A stretch of 64,000 bases of DNA, taken from positions 1-64,000 of the IMG/VR virus record IMGVR_UViG_3300036790_000317; one strand, written 5' to 3'. Below are positions 26,735-36,534 of this stretch, piece after piece (position 1 is the first letter of the stretch; every line of letters begins with the position of its first letter). This DNA is from a virus. Under the pieces are notes generated by a model that was given only the letters and a program-made list of their open reading frames with translations, did not search any database and was not told where the DNA came from. Position numbers and translations under genes: made by a program.

Positions 26735-28349
26735 GCGCCACTGGCCTGGCTGGGAGCATGATGAGGAACTGGCACAGCGTTACGCCGCGCTGATCCAGTC
26801 ATGGCTGTCCCGGTCGGTAGACGCCGAGGCACTGGCGCGGCAATGGCTGGAAATCTCGGCCGTGCCCGGGCGGCAAGCTCCCGGCGATGCCGAGCAGTTC
26901 CTCATGACGGCTTCGGGATCAGCCTGGAAGCATACCCTCGGCTCGGTCCTCGAGAGCCTGTGGCGAGACGGGTGGGCGCTCGGCGCCTCGTCTGCGCTCC
27001 AGCTCATGGCCGGAAGCCGCCGTGAGAAGTCGGCACCGGCACCGGCGCTTCGGGCTAGTGAGCGCGAGGTGCGGTGTGACGCCGGGCACGCACACTGGGG
27101 TGCCTGCGGTGCGGCGGGGCTGTTGATCCGGTCATGGAATGACGAGGGCCGGCGGCTGTACTTGTTCCACAAGCGCGGGCCTGATTCTGCCGATCATGAT
27201 GAGTGGGCGCTGCCCGGGGGCGCTATCCATCCAGATGAAACGCCTCTTGAGGGCGCGATGCGGGAAGCAGAGGAGGAGCTGGGAAAGCTCCCGCGGATGA
27301 AGCTGCGCCACAAGGTCATTGATGATCACGGCAACTGGCGGTACACCACCCACGTCATGGATGTCCCGGCCCCGTTCAGGCCGTCCGTGGACGGCAAGAC
27401 CCCGGACGAGGTCGGGGGCTGGGGCTGGTTTACGAAAAAAGAAGCCAGGCACCTCCGGCTCCATCCGCGGCTGAGGCATACCTGGGACGAGATCCGGCAC
27501 AGTAAACATGACACCGTGATCAACACCGCGCTGTCAAAATCGTCCAGGTACCGGAACCCGCTTGACGGGGCAGAACCGGCGCCGCTACCACAGAGCCCGC
27601 AGCAGGATCCGGCGTCGTGGTGGGCGCAGACGCAGGGCCGGCTCGTGGCAAGTGGGATGATCTCGACGCTGACGGGACTGATCTCAGAAATACTTCTTGA
27701 ACTTCGTGACCAGGTCATTAACCTGATACTGGCTGTCAGGGGGATCAAGGCTGTCCTCGGTGACCATTCCCGGGCGCTCCGGATCGCGGAAACCGAGGTT
27801 GCCCGGGCGGTTGCCCAGGGTGCGCGGCAGGTATACGACCGCGGGCACGTGGACGTCGTGCGGTGGGTAACAGCCGAAGACGGCCGGGTCTGCGTGCTGT
27901 GCGAGGAAAACGAGCTGGAGGGGCCCGTCCTGCTCGGGACGCCGTTTTTCTCCGGTGTGACAATGCCGCCACAGCATCCTCGGTGCAGATGTGGGCTCGT
28001 GCCGGCCGAGATGCCTGATCTTGCCGAGATCGGCAAGTCAGCGCTGACGCCGATGCTAGCTGCAACACATAATCCACTCGGGCCGCACGGGCTGTGGCAT
28101 ACGCCCAGCAAGAAGGTGCCGGTAGCACAAAGCCTGCCCGATTATGTTGAAAACATCGCTCATGCCCTGATCCGTGGTGGCATGGATGAGCATGAGGCAA
28201 TCGCGATGGCGGTAGCAGCGGTCAAGCGGTGGGCGCAGGGCAACCTGGAATGGGGGCCGTACCGGCACGTGACGCCTGAGGTCATCAGGGCATCCCAGGA
28301 AGCAGTCCGGCAATGGTATGCGCTGCGCGCCTCACATGACGGTGCATAG
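26715..28349 (+). CDS. MuF/SPP1 gp7-like head morphogenesis protein with inserted NUDIX hydrolase
   Basis: Nudix box GGAIHPDETPLEGAMREAEEELG; RIAETE...WVTAEDGRVCVLC...PPQHPRCRC. Confidence 0.85.
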   Translation: MSLPQHERHWPGWEHDEELAQRYAALIQSWLSRSVDAEALARQWLEISAVPGRQAPGDAEQFLMTASGSAWKHTLGSVLESLWRDGWALGASSALQLMAGSRREKSAPAPALRASEREVRCDAGHAHWGACGAAGLLIRSWNDEGRRLYLFHKRGPDSADHDEWALPGGAIHPDETPLEGAMREAEEELGKLPRMKLRHKVIDDHGNWRYTTHVMDVPAPFRPSVDGKTPDEVGGWGWFTKKEARHLRLHPRLRHTWDEIRHSKHDTVINTALSKSSRYRNPLDGAEPAPLPQSPQQDPASWWAQTQGRLVASGMISTLTGLISEILLELRDQVINLILAVRGIKAVLGDHSRALRIAETEVARAVAQGARQVYDRGHVDVVRWVTAEDGRVCVLCEENELEGPVLLGTPFFSGVTMPPQHPRCRCGLVPAEMPDLAEIGKSALTPMLAATHNPLGPHGLWHTPSKKVPVAQSLPDYVENIAHALIRGGMDEHEAIAMAVAAVKRWAQGNLEWGPYRHVTPEVIRASQEAVRQWYALRASHDGA

Positions 28350-28531
28350 CACAAGGGTTCCGGCAGCAACTTCACCCTAGCTAGCACCTTCACCTCGGCT
28401 GCACGGTGTGGCTGGCTGGCAGGCATGAGCGTAATAGCAGTGGCATTGCGACCTAGGCAGTCAGGCATCCACCTGGCAGTTCAATGCCAGTCTACTTCGT
28501 ATTTTAGCGCAGAATTCATAACGGGAGGCTA

Positions 28532-31414
28532 GTGGCGACCATCACTGCTGAGAAGGAAGCCTGGCTCAGCTTTCCGATCGAGAAAACTGACCGGACTCCC
28601 GAAGGTGACCTGATCGTCTACGGCAAGGTCACGGACGGCACGATCGACGCTGACGACCAGATCGTGGATACTGACTGGTCAGCCGAGGCTCTGAAGACCT
28701 GGTTCAAGACCGGCCCGAACGTCCGGGTGCAGCACCAGGCGCAGCGTGACCCGGCCGGCGTCGGCCTCGAGGTCGAGATCAACCGTGATGGTGACAGCGC
28801 GCACTGGCTGAAGGCGCTTGTCTGCGAGCCGACCGCGAAGCGGCTGGTCGAGAAGGGCGCGCTCCGGGCATTCTCGGTCGGCATCATGCGGCCGAAAATC
28901 GTAACGCATTCCAAGGCACGGGGCGGGCTGATCGCCGGGGGTGACCTGGGTGAGGTCAGCCTGGTCGACCGGCCGGCGAACCGGAACTGCTCGTTTTCGC
29001 TTGTCAAAGCTGCGAAAGACGGGTCGGCGGAATGGACTGGGACGATGGAAGGCGACCAGGGCATGATCAGCAAGGCGCTGGCGCCGAGCCCGGCTGACAT
29101 GCCGCAGCGAAAGGATGGCAGCGCCGTCATGCACAACGGCTCGGTCAGCCCGGCCCCGGAGAAGGGCTCCGTGCCGGACATGATCCAGTCCGGGATGTTC
29201 GCCAGCCCGGTGGCGAACCGGCTGAACGACGCGCTGCGGGCCGAGGACCTGCTCATGAAGCGGGACTTCTCGGCGTCGCAGCGCCGCTCAGCAGCTGGCT
29301 CAGGCGCCGCGATGCCTGACGGGTCTTTCCCGATCAAGAACGGCGAGGACCTCGGCAACGCCATCCACCTCGCAGGGCACGGCAAGAACCCGGCCGCGGC
29401 CCGAGCGCACATCAAGCGCCGGGCTGCAGCCCTCGGCATGTCGGACCGGATCCCGGACTCGTGGAAGAAGTTCGAGGACGGCGAAGATATTTACTCAGAT
29501 GCTATTTTCAAGGGGCAGATGACCGTTGACGACGTCCGCAAGGAACTTGGCCTCGACCCGGATGACGCGGTAAAGGCGAGCAGCGGCGCCTGCCCGACGT
29601 GCAAGGGCAAGGGCAGCATCCGCGGCGGGTCGATGCCATGCCCGGACTGCAAAGGCAAGGCCGCGAAGAAGCCGCCGGACCCGGATGACGACGGTGATGA
29701 CGATGACGGCGGGGACGAGGCTGACACCTCCGGCACCGGCGTGCAGGAAGCCGGGAACAAGGCCGCGTCACGGCCTCCGTCACATGCCGAGCCGTCAACG
29801 GGCGGCAGCGGCCGGAAGCCGAACTCGCATGCAGCAAACCCGTCGGTCACGGATCCTAACGCCGATGACGATGAGGCTGCCGGAGGCGGCGGGCAGTCAG
29901 CGAAGACCGTGAAGTCGAAGCGGTCTCAGTTCGAGTGCAGCGCCTGCGGGTGCATGACGGCAAAGAGCGCGGCGTTCTGCAGTGGCTGCGGGGCTGAGTT
30001 CGCCGGCAAGCGCAATGACCCTGCTGCCGGGGTCACGGGCAAGAAGCCGACCGAGCCCCTGCCGGCGCACCGCGAGCCGGATGGCCCCGTCGAAGATCTT
30101 GAGCCGGACATGGGTATCGCGACCGACCCGGATCACCCGTCTGCACCGAGCCGTGACCAGCAGCTCGGCAGCATGGGCTGGGGCAAGAAGCCTTCACAGG
30201 GTTCCGCGGTCATGGCAGACGGCGGGTCCGGCGCCCAGCCCGTCGGAGGCTCCGGTGGGACGACGATGAAGACCGTCGCCCCGTACAGCATCGCGCGGGC
30301 TCATGATGCGTTCTGCATGGCATGGCCGGCGCAGGCAGTGCTTGATGAGTACCCGTCACTGGGAGCGCTCACGGACGCGCTGGACGTCCCGGAGCTGTAC
30401 GCAGCGGCTACCAAGGCCGTCAATGACGGCGAGTACGAGCTGGGCGAGGGTCTGCTCGGCGCAGCGCGAGGCGCTGCGGACCTGGGCAAGGCCGAGGCCG
30501 GCATCATCGAGGATGCGCGGGCTGAGCTGCACAAGGCCTTTCAGGACATGTACCCCGATGTGCACCTGACGCCGGGCATGGCGTGCCCGTCGGACTTCCA
30601 GCGTGGGTACATCTCAGAAGGGCACGCGCCGCTGTCGGCCGAGCCACCGAAGCCAGACCCGTCCGTGCCGATGCCTCCCGAGGCACCGCACGCCAGCCAG
30701 TTCAGCCGCGGGCCGGTCACGGCCGGCCATGAGCGGCCAAGCCCGGGCAGTACCAAGGACCAGGCCCGGCCGCAGCCCGGCCGGCACTTCTACACCAACA
30801 TGGCGAAGACCGATACCCGGATGGCCATGCAGGCTGTCCATGACCACATTTCCAGCATCTACCCCGATCTCTGCCCGCTGCACGCCGGCACGCCACTGCC
30901 ACGCGCAACTGGCAAGGGAGAAGAGTCCGTGATTGTCAAGGAGGATATGACGCCGGCGCCGGAGGCGCCGCGCCAGTCTGCCGTGATGATCAAGGCGAAG
31001 AAGCCCAGGAAGAACAAGAAGAAGAAGAAGCCGGTGAGTGATGAGGCTGGCAACCTCGGCCCGTCGTTCGCGGAAAGCCAGAAGGCTCTTGCCGAGGAGA
31101 CGGGCAAGGCCGTCATGGCGGAGCTGACCAAGGCATTCGGCGTCAAGTTCGATGCCATCGACAACATCCAGAAGCAGGTCGACCTCCTCGGCTCACAGCC
31201 TGATCCTGCGCAGGCGCCGAACCGGGGCATCATTACCACGAGCACGGCCGCCTCAGGCGGTGCCAGGCCAGCAGAGCGGCGCTCCCTGGTCGACGAGGCG
31301 GTCGTGACAGCCCAGCAGGAGAAGATGCAGTTCCTCCAGAGCCTTGCCATGTCGGGGGACCCGATGATGCGCGAGCAGGCTCAGGCCCAGATCAACAAGA
31401 TGCAGAAGGTTTAA
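28532..31414 (+). CDS. prohead protease / scaffold fusion
   Basis: HK97-like protease: VYGKVT, RVQHQ, AFSVG, EVSLVDRPAN; then MPDGSFPI domain, Zn ribbons and low-complexity scaffold. Confidence 0.85.
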   Translation: MATITAEKEAWLSFPIEKTDRTPEGDLIVYGKVTDGTIDADDQIVDTDWSAEALKTWFKTGPNVRVQHQAQRDPAGVGLEVEINRDGDSAHWLKALVCEPTAKRLVEKGALRAFSVGIMRPKIVTHSKARGGLIAGGDLGEVSLVDRPANRNCSFSLVKAAKDGSAEWTGTMEGDQGMISKALAPSPADMPQRKDGSAVMHNGSVSPAPEKGSVPDMIQSGMFASPVANRLNDALRAEDLLMKRDFSASQRRSAAGSGAAMPDGSFPIKNGEDLGNAIHLAGHGKNPAAARAHIKRRAAALGMSDRIPDSWKKFEDGEDIYSDAIFKGQMTVDDVRKELGLDPDDAVKASSGACPTCKGKGSIRGGSMPCPDCKGKAAKKPPDPDDDGDDDDGGDEADTSGTGVQEAGNKAASRPPSHAEPSTGGSGRKPNSHAANPSVTDPNADDDEAAGGGGQSAKTVKSKRSQFECSACGCMTAKSAAFCSGCGAEFAGKRNDPAAGVTGKKPTEPLPAHREPDGPVEDLEPDMGIATDPDHPSAPSRDQQLGSMGWGKKPSQGSAVMADGGSGAQPVGGSGGTTMKTVAPYSIARAHDAFCMAWPAQAVLDEYPSLGALTDALDVPELYAAATKAVNDGEYELGEGLLGAARGAADLGKAEAGIIEDARAELHKAFQDMYPDVHLTPGMACPSDFQRGYISEGHAPLSAEPPKPDPSVPMPPEAPHASQFSRGPVTAGHERPSPGSTKDQARPQPGRHFYTNMAKTDTRMAMQAVHDHISSIYPDLCPLHAGTPLPRATGKGEESVIVKEDMTPAPEAPRQSAVMIKAKKPRKNKKKKKPVSDEAGNLGPSFAESQKALAEETGKAVMAELTKAFGVKFDAIDNIQKQVDLLGSQPDPAQAPNRGIITTSTAASGGARPAERRSLVDEAVVTAQQEKMQFLQSLAMSGDPMMREQAQAQINKMQKV

Positions 31415-31438
31415 TGGCACCACGTTTGATTGGAGCAC

Positions 31439-33316
31439 ATGGCAGACATCATTGATGTCGCTGACGCGCCGGTGCAGCACCCGCTGCAGACCGCCGCGAC
31501 CGAAGCACAGTGGTATGACACGCCCGTGGACATGCTCGCCGGCCGGATGCCGGAAGCAGTCAAGGGCGCGGGGTTCGCACTCGGCGCCGGTAACCAGCCG
31601 CTGAGTGACCCGGACCAGATCTTCGACAAGTCCTTCAAGGCCGCCAAGTCACTGCGCACCGCGACTCACCAGGGTTACCACAACCCGGATTCGGTCCGCA
31701 AGAACCTGAACCCGGCCTTCTCCTCGCAGTTCGGCATGTTCCTTGCCGGCGGGGCGCCGGGCTTCGGCAACGCGGGCCTGGGTGACCTTGTCTCCCAGAT
31801 CAACTCCGCGTTCTCGCAGACCGACGCACTGAAGAACTTCACTCTCGCAACGCCATTGAGCAGCGGCTTCGTGCCGTTCGATCTCGTTGCGCCGTCCCGG
31901 CTGATTTATCCCGTCTACAGCCCGCTGCGGAACAAGATCCCGCGGGTGCCGGGACAGGGCACCAGCCGGCGGGTCAAGGTCATCACGGGCGTGTCCGGCT
32001 CGCAGACCGGCTCGCAGGGCGTCGTTGACATCTCGATCCCGGAGCTCATATCTGGTACGTCCATCTCGGGTACCTGGCCACTGAACCTCCCGGGCTCGGG
32101 TGCGCAGACGGCGATCGACCTGAATGTTCCCTACCAGTTCTTCGGCCTGACCGAGGCGCTGTCCTGGCTGGCGCAGTTCGCCGGCCAGGGCTTCGAGGAT
32201 ATTTCGGCTCTCGCGAACCTGATCCTGCTGCAGGAGTTCATGCTCGGCGAGGAGTACGCGATGCTGTCGGCCACGCCGGCAGCCCTCGCCGCTCCCGGCG
32301 CGGCAACCCTCGCCGCCAGGACCCCGGGCTCCAATGAGGTCGCGCTGACCAACGGCACGTACTACGTGTACGTGACCGCGGTCAACTACTACGGCGAGAC
32401 CGTCGCCGGGACCGCGTCCAGCTCATCGGGCTCACTGTCCAGCCAGGTTCTGGATGTTACAATCAGCCCGGTGCCTGGTGCCCAGCAGTACAACATCTAC
32501 CTCGGCACCTCGAGTACCCTGTCCTCGGTTGCGTTCCTGATGGCCGGCACCTCGGTCCAGGGTACGACGACCTACGTCGGCAAGCAGCAGGCCGGCTCGG
32601 TCGGCGCCCATAAGTTCACGCTGCAGGGTACCGTCGCGAACGCGGCGAACGGCACCCCGCCGACAACCGACACCGGTACCGGCAGGTCTACTCGCATGGC
32701 CGGCATCATCCCGACCCTGTCGGGGCAGGCCGCGACCGCGGGTGTCTACCCGGTCAGCCCGAGCACGTGGCAGGGCGGGTACGTCAACCAGTCACTGGGC
32801 ACCCACTTGTCCATCACTGGCGTCAACAACGCCCTGCAGGCCCTGTTCGACGGCTCCGGCTCCAATGCCCCGGGCGCGTTCCGGGCCGACCCGGCCGAGC
32901 TGATCGGCGAGGGCGGGGACCTGATGCGGATGTCGAACGACATCGTGCAGTCGGGGGCCGCGACCAACTACCGGCTGAACCTCACCCAGGGCGAGATGGC
33001 CGGCGTCCGCTCGGGTGCCGCGGTGTCCGAGTTCCAGAACCCGATCACCCGGTCCATCATCCAGCTGCTGGTCCACCCGTGGCTGACCCAGGGCACCGCG
33101 ATGCTGATGTCCTACACCCTCCCGTTCACGTGGTCGAACGTGGCAAACGTCTGGGAGATGGTGATGGTTCAGGATTATCTCTCGATCTCTTGGCCCGTCA
33201 TCGATGCCACCTTCCGTTATTCACTCTTCCAGTACGGGGCACTCGTAAGCCAGGCCCCCTATTACTGTGGACTGCTACAGGGTATACAGCAATCAGACAC
33301 TACACCCTACAGCTAA
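31439..33316 (+). CDS. major capsid protein with inserted Ig/FN3-like domain
   Basis: directly after protease; strong codon bias; PLRNKIPRVPGQG; central YYVYVTAVNYYGET insert. Confidence 0.8.
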   Translation: MADIIDVADAPVQHPLQTAATEAQWYDTPVDMLAGRMPEAVKGAGFALGAGNQPLSDPDQIFDKSFKAAKSLRTATHQGYHNPDSVRKNLNPAFSSQFGMFLAGGAPGFGNAGLGDLVSQINSAFSQTDALKNFTLATPLSSGFVPFDLVAPSRLIYPVYSPLRNKIPRVPGQGTSRRVKVITGVSGSQTGSQGVVDISIPELISGTSISGTWPLNLPGSGAQTAIDLNVPYQFFGLTEALSWLAQFAGQGFEDISALANLILLQEFMLGEEYAMLSATPAALAAPGAATLAARTPGSNEVALTNGTYYVYVTAVNYYGETVAGTASSSSGSLSSQVLDVTISPVPGAQQYNIYLGTSSTLSSVAFLMAGTSVQGTTTYVGKQQAGSVGAHKFTLQGTVANAANGTPPTTDTGTGRSTRMAGIIPTLSGQAATAGVYPVSPSTWQGGYVNQSLGTHLSITGVNNALQALFDGSGSNAPGAFRADPAELIGEGGDLMRMSNDIVQSGAATNYRLNLTQGEMAGVRSGAAVSEFQNPITRSIIQLLVHPWLTQGTAMLMSYTLPFTWSNVANVWEMVMVQDYLSISWPVIDATFRYSLFQYGALVSQAPYYCGLLQGIQQSDTTPYS

Positions 33317-33389
33317 CTTAAATTAGCTGTATTAAAATAACCTCAACTGTTATACTCTTTTGTAGTGCGTAACTACAAGGGAGGAAGCA

Positions 33390-34337
33390 GTGACAGGAAG
33401 ACCGGTAGACCTCGAACGCCGCAAGGGACGGCAAAATGCTTTTCTTGCGGCGTTCGAGGAGACGGGTACTATCGCGGAAGCAGCGCGCAGATCCGGGGTC
33501 GTCTTCGTTTCCCATCATCACTGGGTAAAAATAGACCCTGAATATGCAGCCAGATTTACTGAGCTTAAAGCACGGACACCTGTGCCTTCACCTAAGCCAC
33601 ATCCAAGTGGTTATCGGATCAAAGGCAAGCGCGCGGAAGTTAAGGCTGAAAAGCAGCGTCTCTTCCTAGAAGCTCTCGCTAAGACGGGTATCATTGGCGA
33701 TGCGCTTAAGGAAGCAAACAGCAGTCTCGGAGCTTTTCAAGGCTGGCGAGCTAGTGACCCTGAATTTGAGAAGCTCGTATATGAAGTTATCACTAGAGCC
33801 AAAGCAGACGGTACCCGAGATAGCATTATCCGAGAACGGCTTCGCGTTGCATCTAAGGCTGGCTGGGACGATCCAGCAAAGCGAGAGGCCCAGCGTCAGC
33901 GCCAGGTGAAAATCTGGACAGAAGAAAAACGCCAGAAGCAGCGAGAGCAAGCAAAAGGTCGCTGGAAGCGGATGTCTGATGAAGAGCGGACTGCTTTTAT
34001 GCAGCGTGCTCGTGATAGCCAGCGCCGCGGGATGATTACCCGCATCGAGGCACTGACGCTCAAAGCTCTTACGGAACGACGCATCTCATCGATGGTTCAT
34101 TTTCCGGTAAGCCTTTATGAGGCAGACATCTACATCGAGTCTCTGAATCTCGTTCTCGAATGCGATGGCAAATTCTGGCATGGTGTACCAGGGCGCAGTG
34201 AATACGATAGTCAGCGAGATGCTGCAATGGAAGATCTCGGCTATACCGTCATCCGCCTCACCGAAGAAGAAATCATCGCCGGCAACTGGTCACGGCTTGA
34301 TGCCGCCATCACTGCCTGCCGGGAAAACAACGTCTAG
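33390..34337 (+). CDS. DUF559/Vsr-like endonuclease with tandem HTH and NUMOD-like repeats
   Basis: ADIYI...LECDGKFWH...DSQRDAAMEDLGYTVIRL; low GC. Confidence 0.75.
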   Translation: MTGRPVDLERRKGRQNAFLAAFEETGTIAEAARRSGVVFVSHHHWVKIDPEYAARFTELKARTPVPSPKPHPSGYRIKGKRAEVKAEKQRLFLEALAKTGIIGDALKEANSSLGAFQGWRASDPEFEKLVYEVITRAKADGTRDSIIRERLRVASKAGWDDPAKREAQRQRQVKIWTEEKRQKQREQAKGRWKRMSDEERTAFMQRARDSQRRGMITRIEALTLKALTERRISSMVHFPVSLYEADIYIESLNLVLECDGKFWHGVPGRSEYDSQRDAAMEDLGYTVIRLTEEEIIAGNWSRLDAAITACRENNV

Positions 34338-34349
34338 CCTTGGAGGCAG

Positions 34350-34649
34350 ATGGCACCACAGTACGTGAACGTGAGCACGACGGCCACGTACGTGTTCACG
34401 CCCGGACCCGGGGCGTCGGTCCAGATCTTCAACTCCGGGTCTCAGCTCTGCTACATCGGCGGCGGGCCGTACGGTGGCACTGCTACCGCAGTTGTCGGCA
34501 CCGGCTTCCCGCTGACGCCGAACTCGCTGATCAACTGGTACAACGGCTACAACTACGGTGTGGGCACAACCGGCACGACCGCGATGACGATCTTCGCCAT
34601 CTGCCCCACCGGGATGACGACGCTCAATATCACTTCAGACAGCTCATGA
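34350..34649 (+). CDS. small virion protein
   Basis: GGAGG RBS; beta-rich. Confidence 0.6.
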   Translation: MAPQYVNVSTTATYVFTPGPGASVQIFNSGSQLCYIGGGPYGGTATAVVGTGFPLTPNSLINWYNGYNYGVGTTGTTAMTIFAICPTGMTTLNITSDSS

Positions 34650-34708
34650 GCCGTGGCTGCTCACGCCTGGCTAGCAGACTCTCAGTAACGACCACATGAT
34701 GGAGGCTC

Positions 34709-35389
34709 ATGCCGCTCTACACCCCGCCGCTTAACGAGACGACCAGCCCGTACCAGTTCGACGGCACCATCAACGTAGGCGGCGCGAACGCCAGCACCGC
34801 CATGTCACCGATGACGCCGGCGACTCTCGGCCTCAAGGCCTGGAACTTCCCGACATGGCTGGCGACAGGAACCGCATCAGCTCTCACGCTGTTCGGGTCT
34901 GTTTACCTGTCCGCGGTTCATCTCAACTACGGGCTGTCGTACAACAATATCTATGTCCGCATCCAGGCTAACATCGGCACGGCACAGGCCGGATCGTGCT
35001 GGGCTGGCCTCTATAACTCGGCTGGCACGCTCGTTGCCACGACCAATGACATCAGCGGGGTTCTCGGTACGGCAGGTGGTACTACCGGTTATCTTGCATT
35101 CCCGCTGTCAACGACTTACACTCCGGCTGCGGGTGGCCTGTATTACACTGGGCTGCAGTTCAACTACGGAACTGCAACCTCATCTGCAGCGGCGTTCTAC
35201 ACGATGGCGAATCAGATTACCGTAACAACGAGCGCGGGTATCATCGGAGGCCCGCTGCTCGTGGCTGGCACGAACGCCTTCCCGTTCTCGGCCATCGCCA
35301 CGGTCGGACCCGGATCACTGCCACCGAGCTTCGCTCTCGGCTCAGCAGGCACTACTGGCGCATATGTCTACTGGGCGGGACTGGCGTAA
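34709..35389 (+). CDS. virion decoration protein
   Basis: NETxxPYQFD N-terminal motif; G/T/A-rich. Confidence 0.6.
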   Translation: MPLYTPPLNETTSPYQFDGTINVGGANASTAMSPMTPATLGLKAWNFPTWLATGTASALTLFGSVYLSAVHLNYGLSYNNIYVRIQANIGTAQAGSCWAGLYNSAGTLVATTNDISGVLGTAGGTTGYLAFPLSTTYTPAAGGLYYTGLQFNYGTATSSAAAFYTMANQITVTTSAGIIGGPLLVAGTNAFPFSAIATVGPGSLPPSFALGSAGTTGAYVYWAGLA

Positions 35390-35403
35390 GTTACGCTTAA
35401 CGG

Positions 35404-36534
35404 GTGCTAGATACTGAAATAACTGCCTGTGGCAGTTGCGGGGCCGGCGGCCTCGTCACCATCATCGACCTCGGCCTGCAGCCACTTGCCGAGCGCGAAA
35501 GTACCCCGTACCCGCTGAAACTCCTGCAGTGCGGGACGTGCTCACTCGTCCAGCTCAGCTACCAGGCCGACCCGCATGAGGTATTCCCGGAAGACCACCC
35601 GTATGCTACCGGCAATACGACGTTCCTCCGAAACCATTTCTCGTCACTGGCCAGGCAGCTATCGCGGCATCTTCGTGATGGTGACGTGGTCGTGGACATC
35701 GGCGCGAACGACGGCACTCTTCTCGCGGCGTACCCGGGTCAGCTTGCCCTGACCCGGGTAGCCGTCGAGCCGACCGGGCAGGCGGCTAAGTGCCGTGAGA
35801 AGGGGCTCGTCACCTTCAAGGAGTTTTTCAGCCTCGGTGTGGCCAAGGACATCCTGAATGCCACCGGCAGGGCCAAGGTCATCACGGCCTGCAACGTCCT
35901 GGCGCATGTCCCGGACGTGCACGGATTCCTGGAGGGCGTGCGGCTGCTTCTGGCTGATGACGGGATCTTCATCACCGAGAATCATGATATCGACAGCATC
36001 CTGCACGGGCTGCAGGTCGACACCATCTACCATGAGCACCTGCGGTACTACTCCGTAGCATCACTATCATACCTGCTCGGGATGCATAACCTGGACGTGA
36101 GCAAGAGCGAGCTGATTCCCTCTCACGGCGGCTCTTTCCGGGTCTGGGCTCGTCATCGCGAGAATATTCTCGTTTTCCGGGAACGAGCCCGTGAGACGGC
36201 AGCCAAACTGCATGATCTTGTTGCCGCGGCGGCAGCGGAAGGCCCCGTCTACGGGATCGGCGCCACGACCCGGGCCGTCCCGCTCATGCACTTCGGAGAC
36301 CTGGCGGGCCTGGTTACGTGCGTATGCGAGGTCAGCACGAGCGAGAAGATCGGCATGCTGATGCCGGGGACGACGATTCCGGTCATGCCGGATGAGTACC
36401 TCATCGAGCAGCAGCCTCCGCATGCGCTGATGTTTTCATGGCACATCGCCGGCAGCATCATCCCGAAGCTGCGGTCGGCAGGCTACAGGGGAAAATTCAT
36501 CATCCCCCTTCCGGAGCCGGTGATCCGGGCATGA
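35404..36534 (+). CDS. NDP-sugar C-methyltransferase (class I SAM)
   Basis: Zn motif CGSC...CGTC.LVQL, DIGANDG, NVLAHVPD, IYHEHLRYYS, HGGS, C-terminal SWH...GKFIIPLP. Confidence 0.85.
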   Translation: MLDTEITACGSCGAGGLVTIIDLGLQPLAERESTPYPLKLLQCGTCSLVQLSYQADPHEVFPEDHPYATGNTTFLRNHFSSLARQLSRHLRDGDVVVDIGANDGTLLAAYPGQLALTRVAVEPTGQAAKCREKGLVTFKEFFSLGVAKDILNATGRAKVITACNVLAHVPDVHGFLEGVRLLLADDGIFITENHDIDSILHGLQVDTIYHEHLRYYSVASLSYLLGMHNLDVSKSELIPSHGGSFRVWARHRENILVFRERARETAAKLHDLVAAAAAEGPVYGIGATTRAVPLMHFGDLAGLVTCVCEVSTSEKIGMLMPGTTIPVMPDEYLIEQQPPHALMFSWHIAGSIIPKLRSAGYRGKFIIPLPEPVIRA

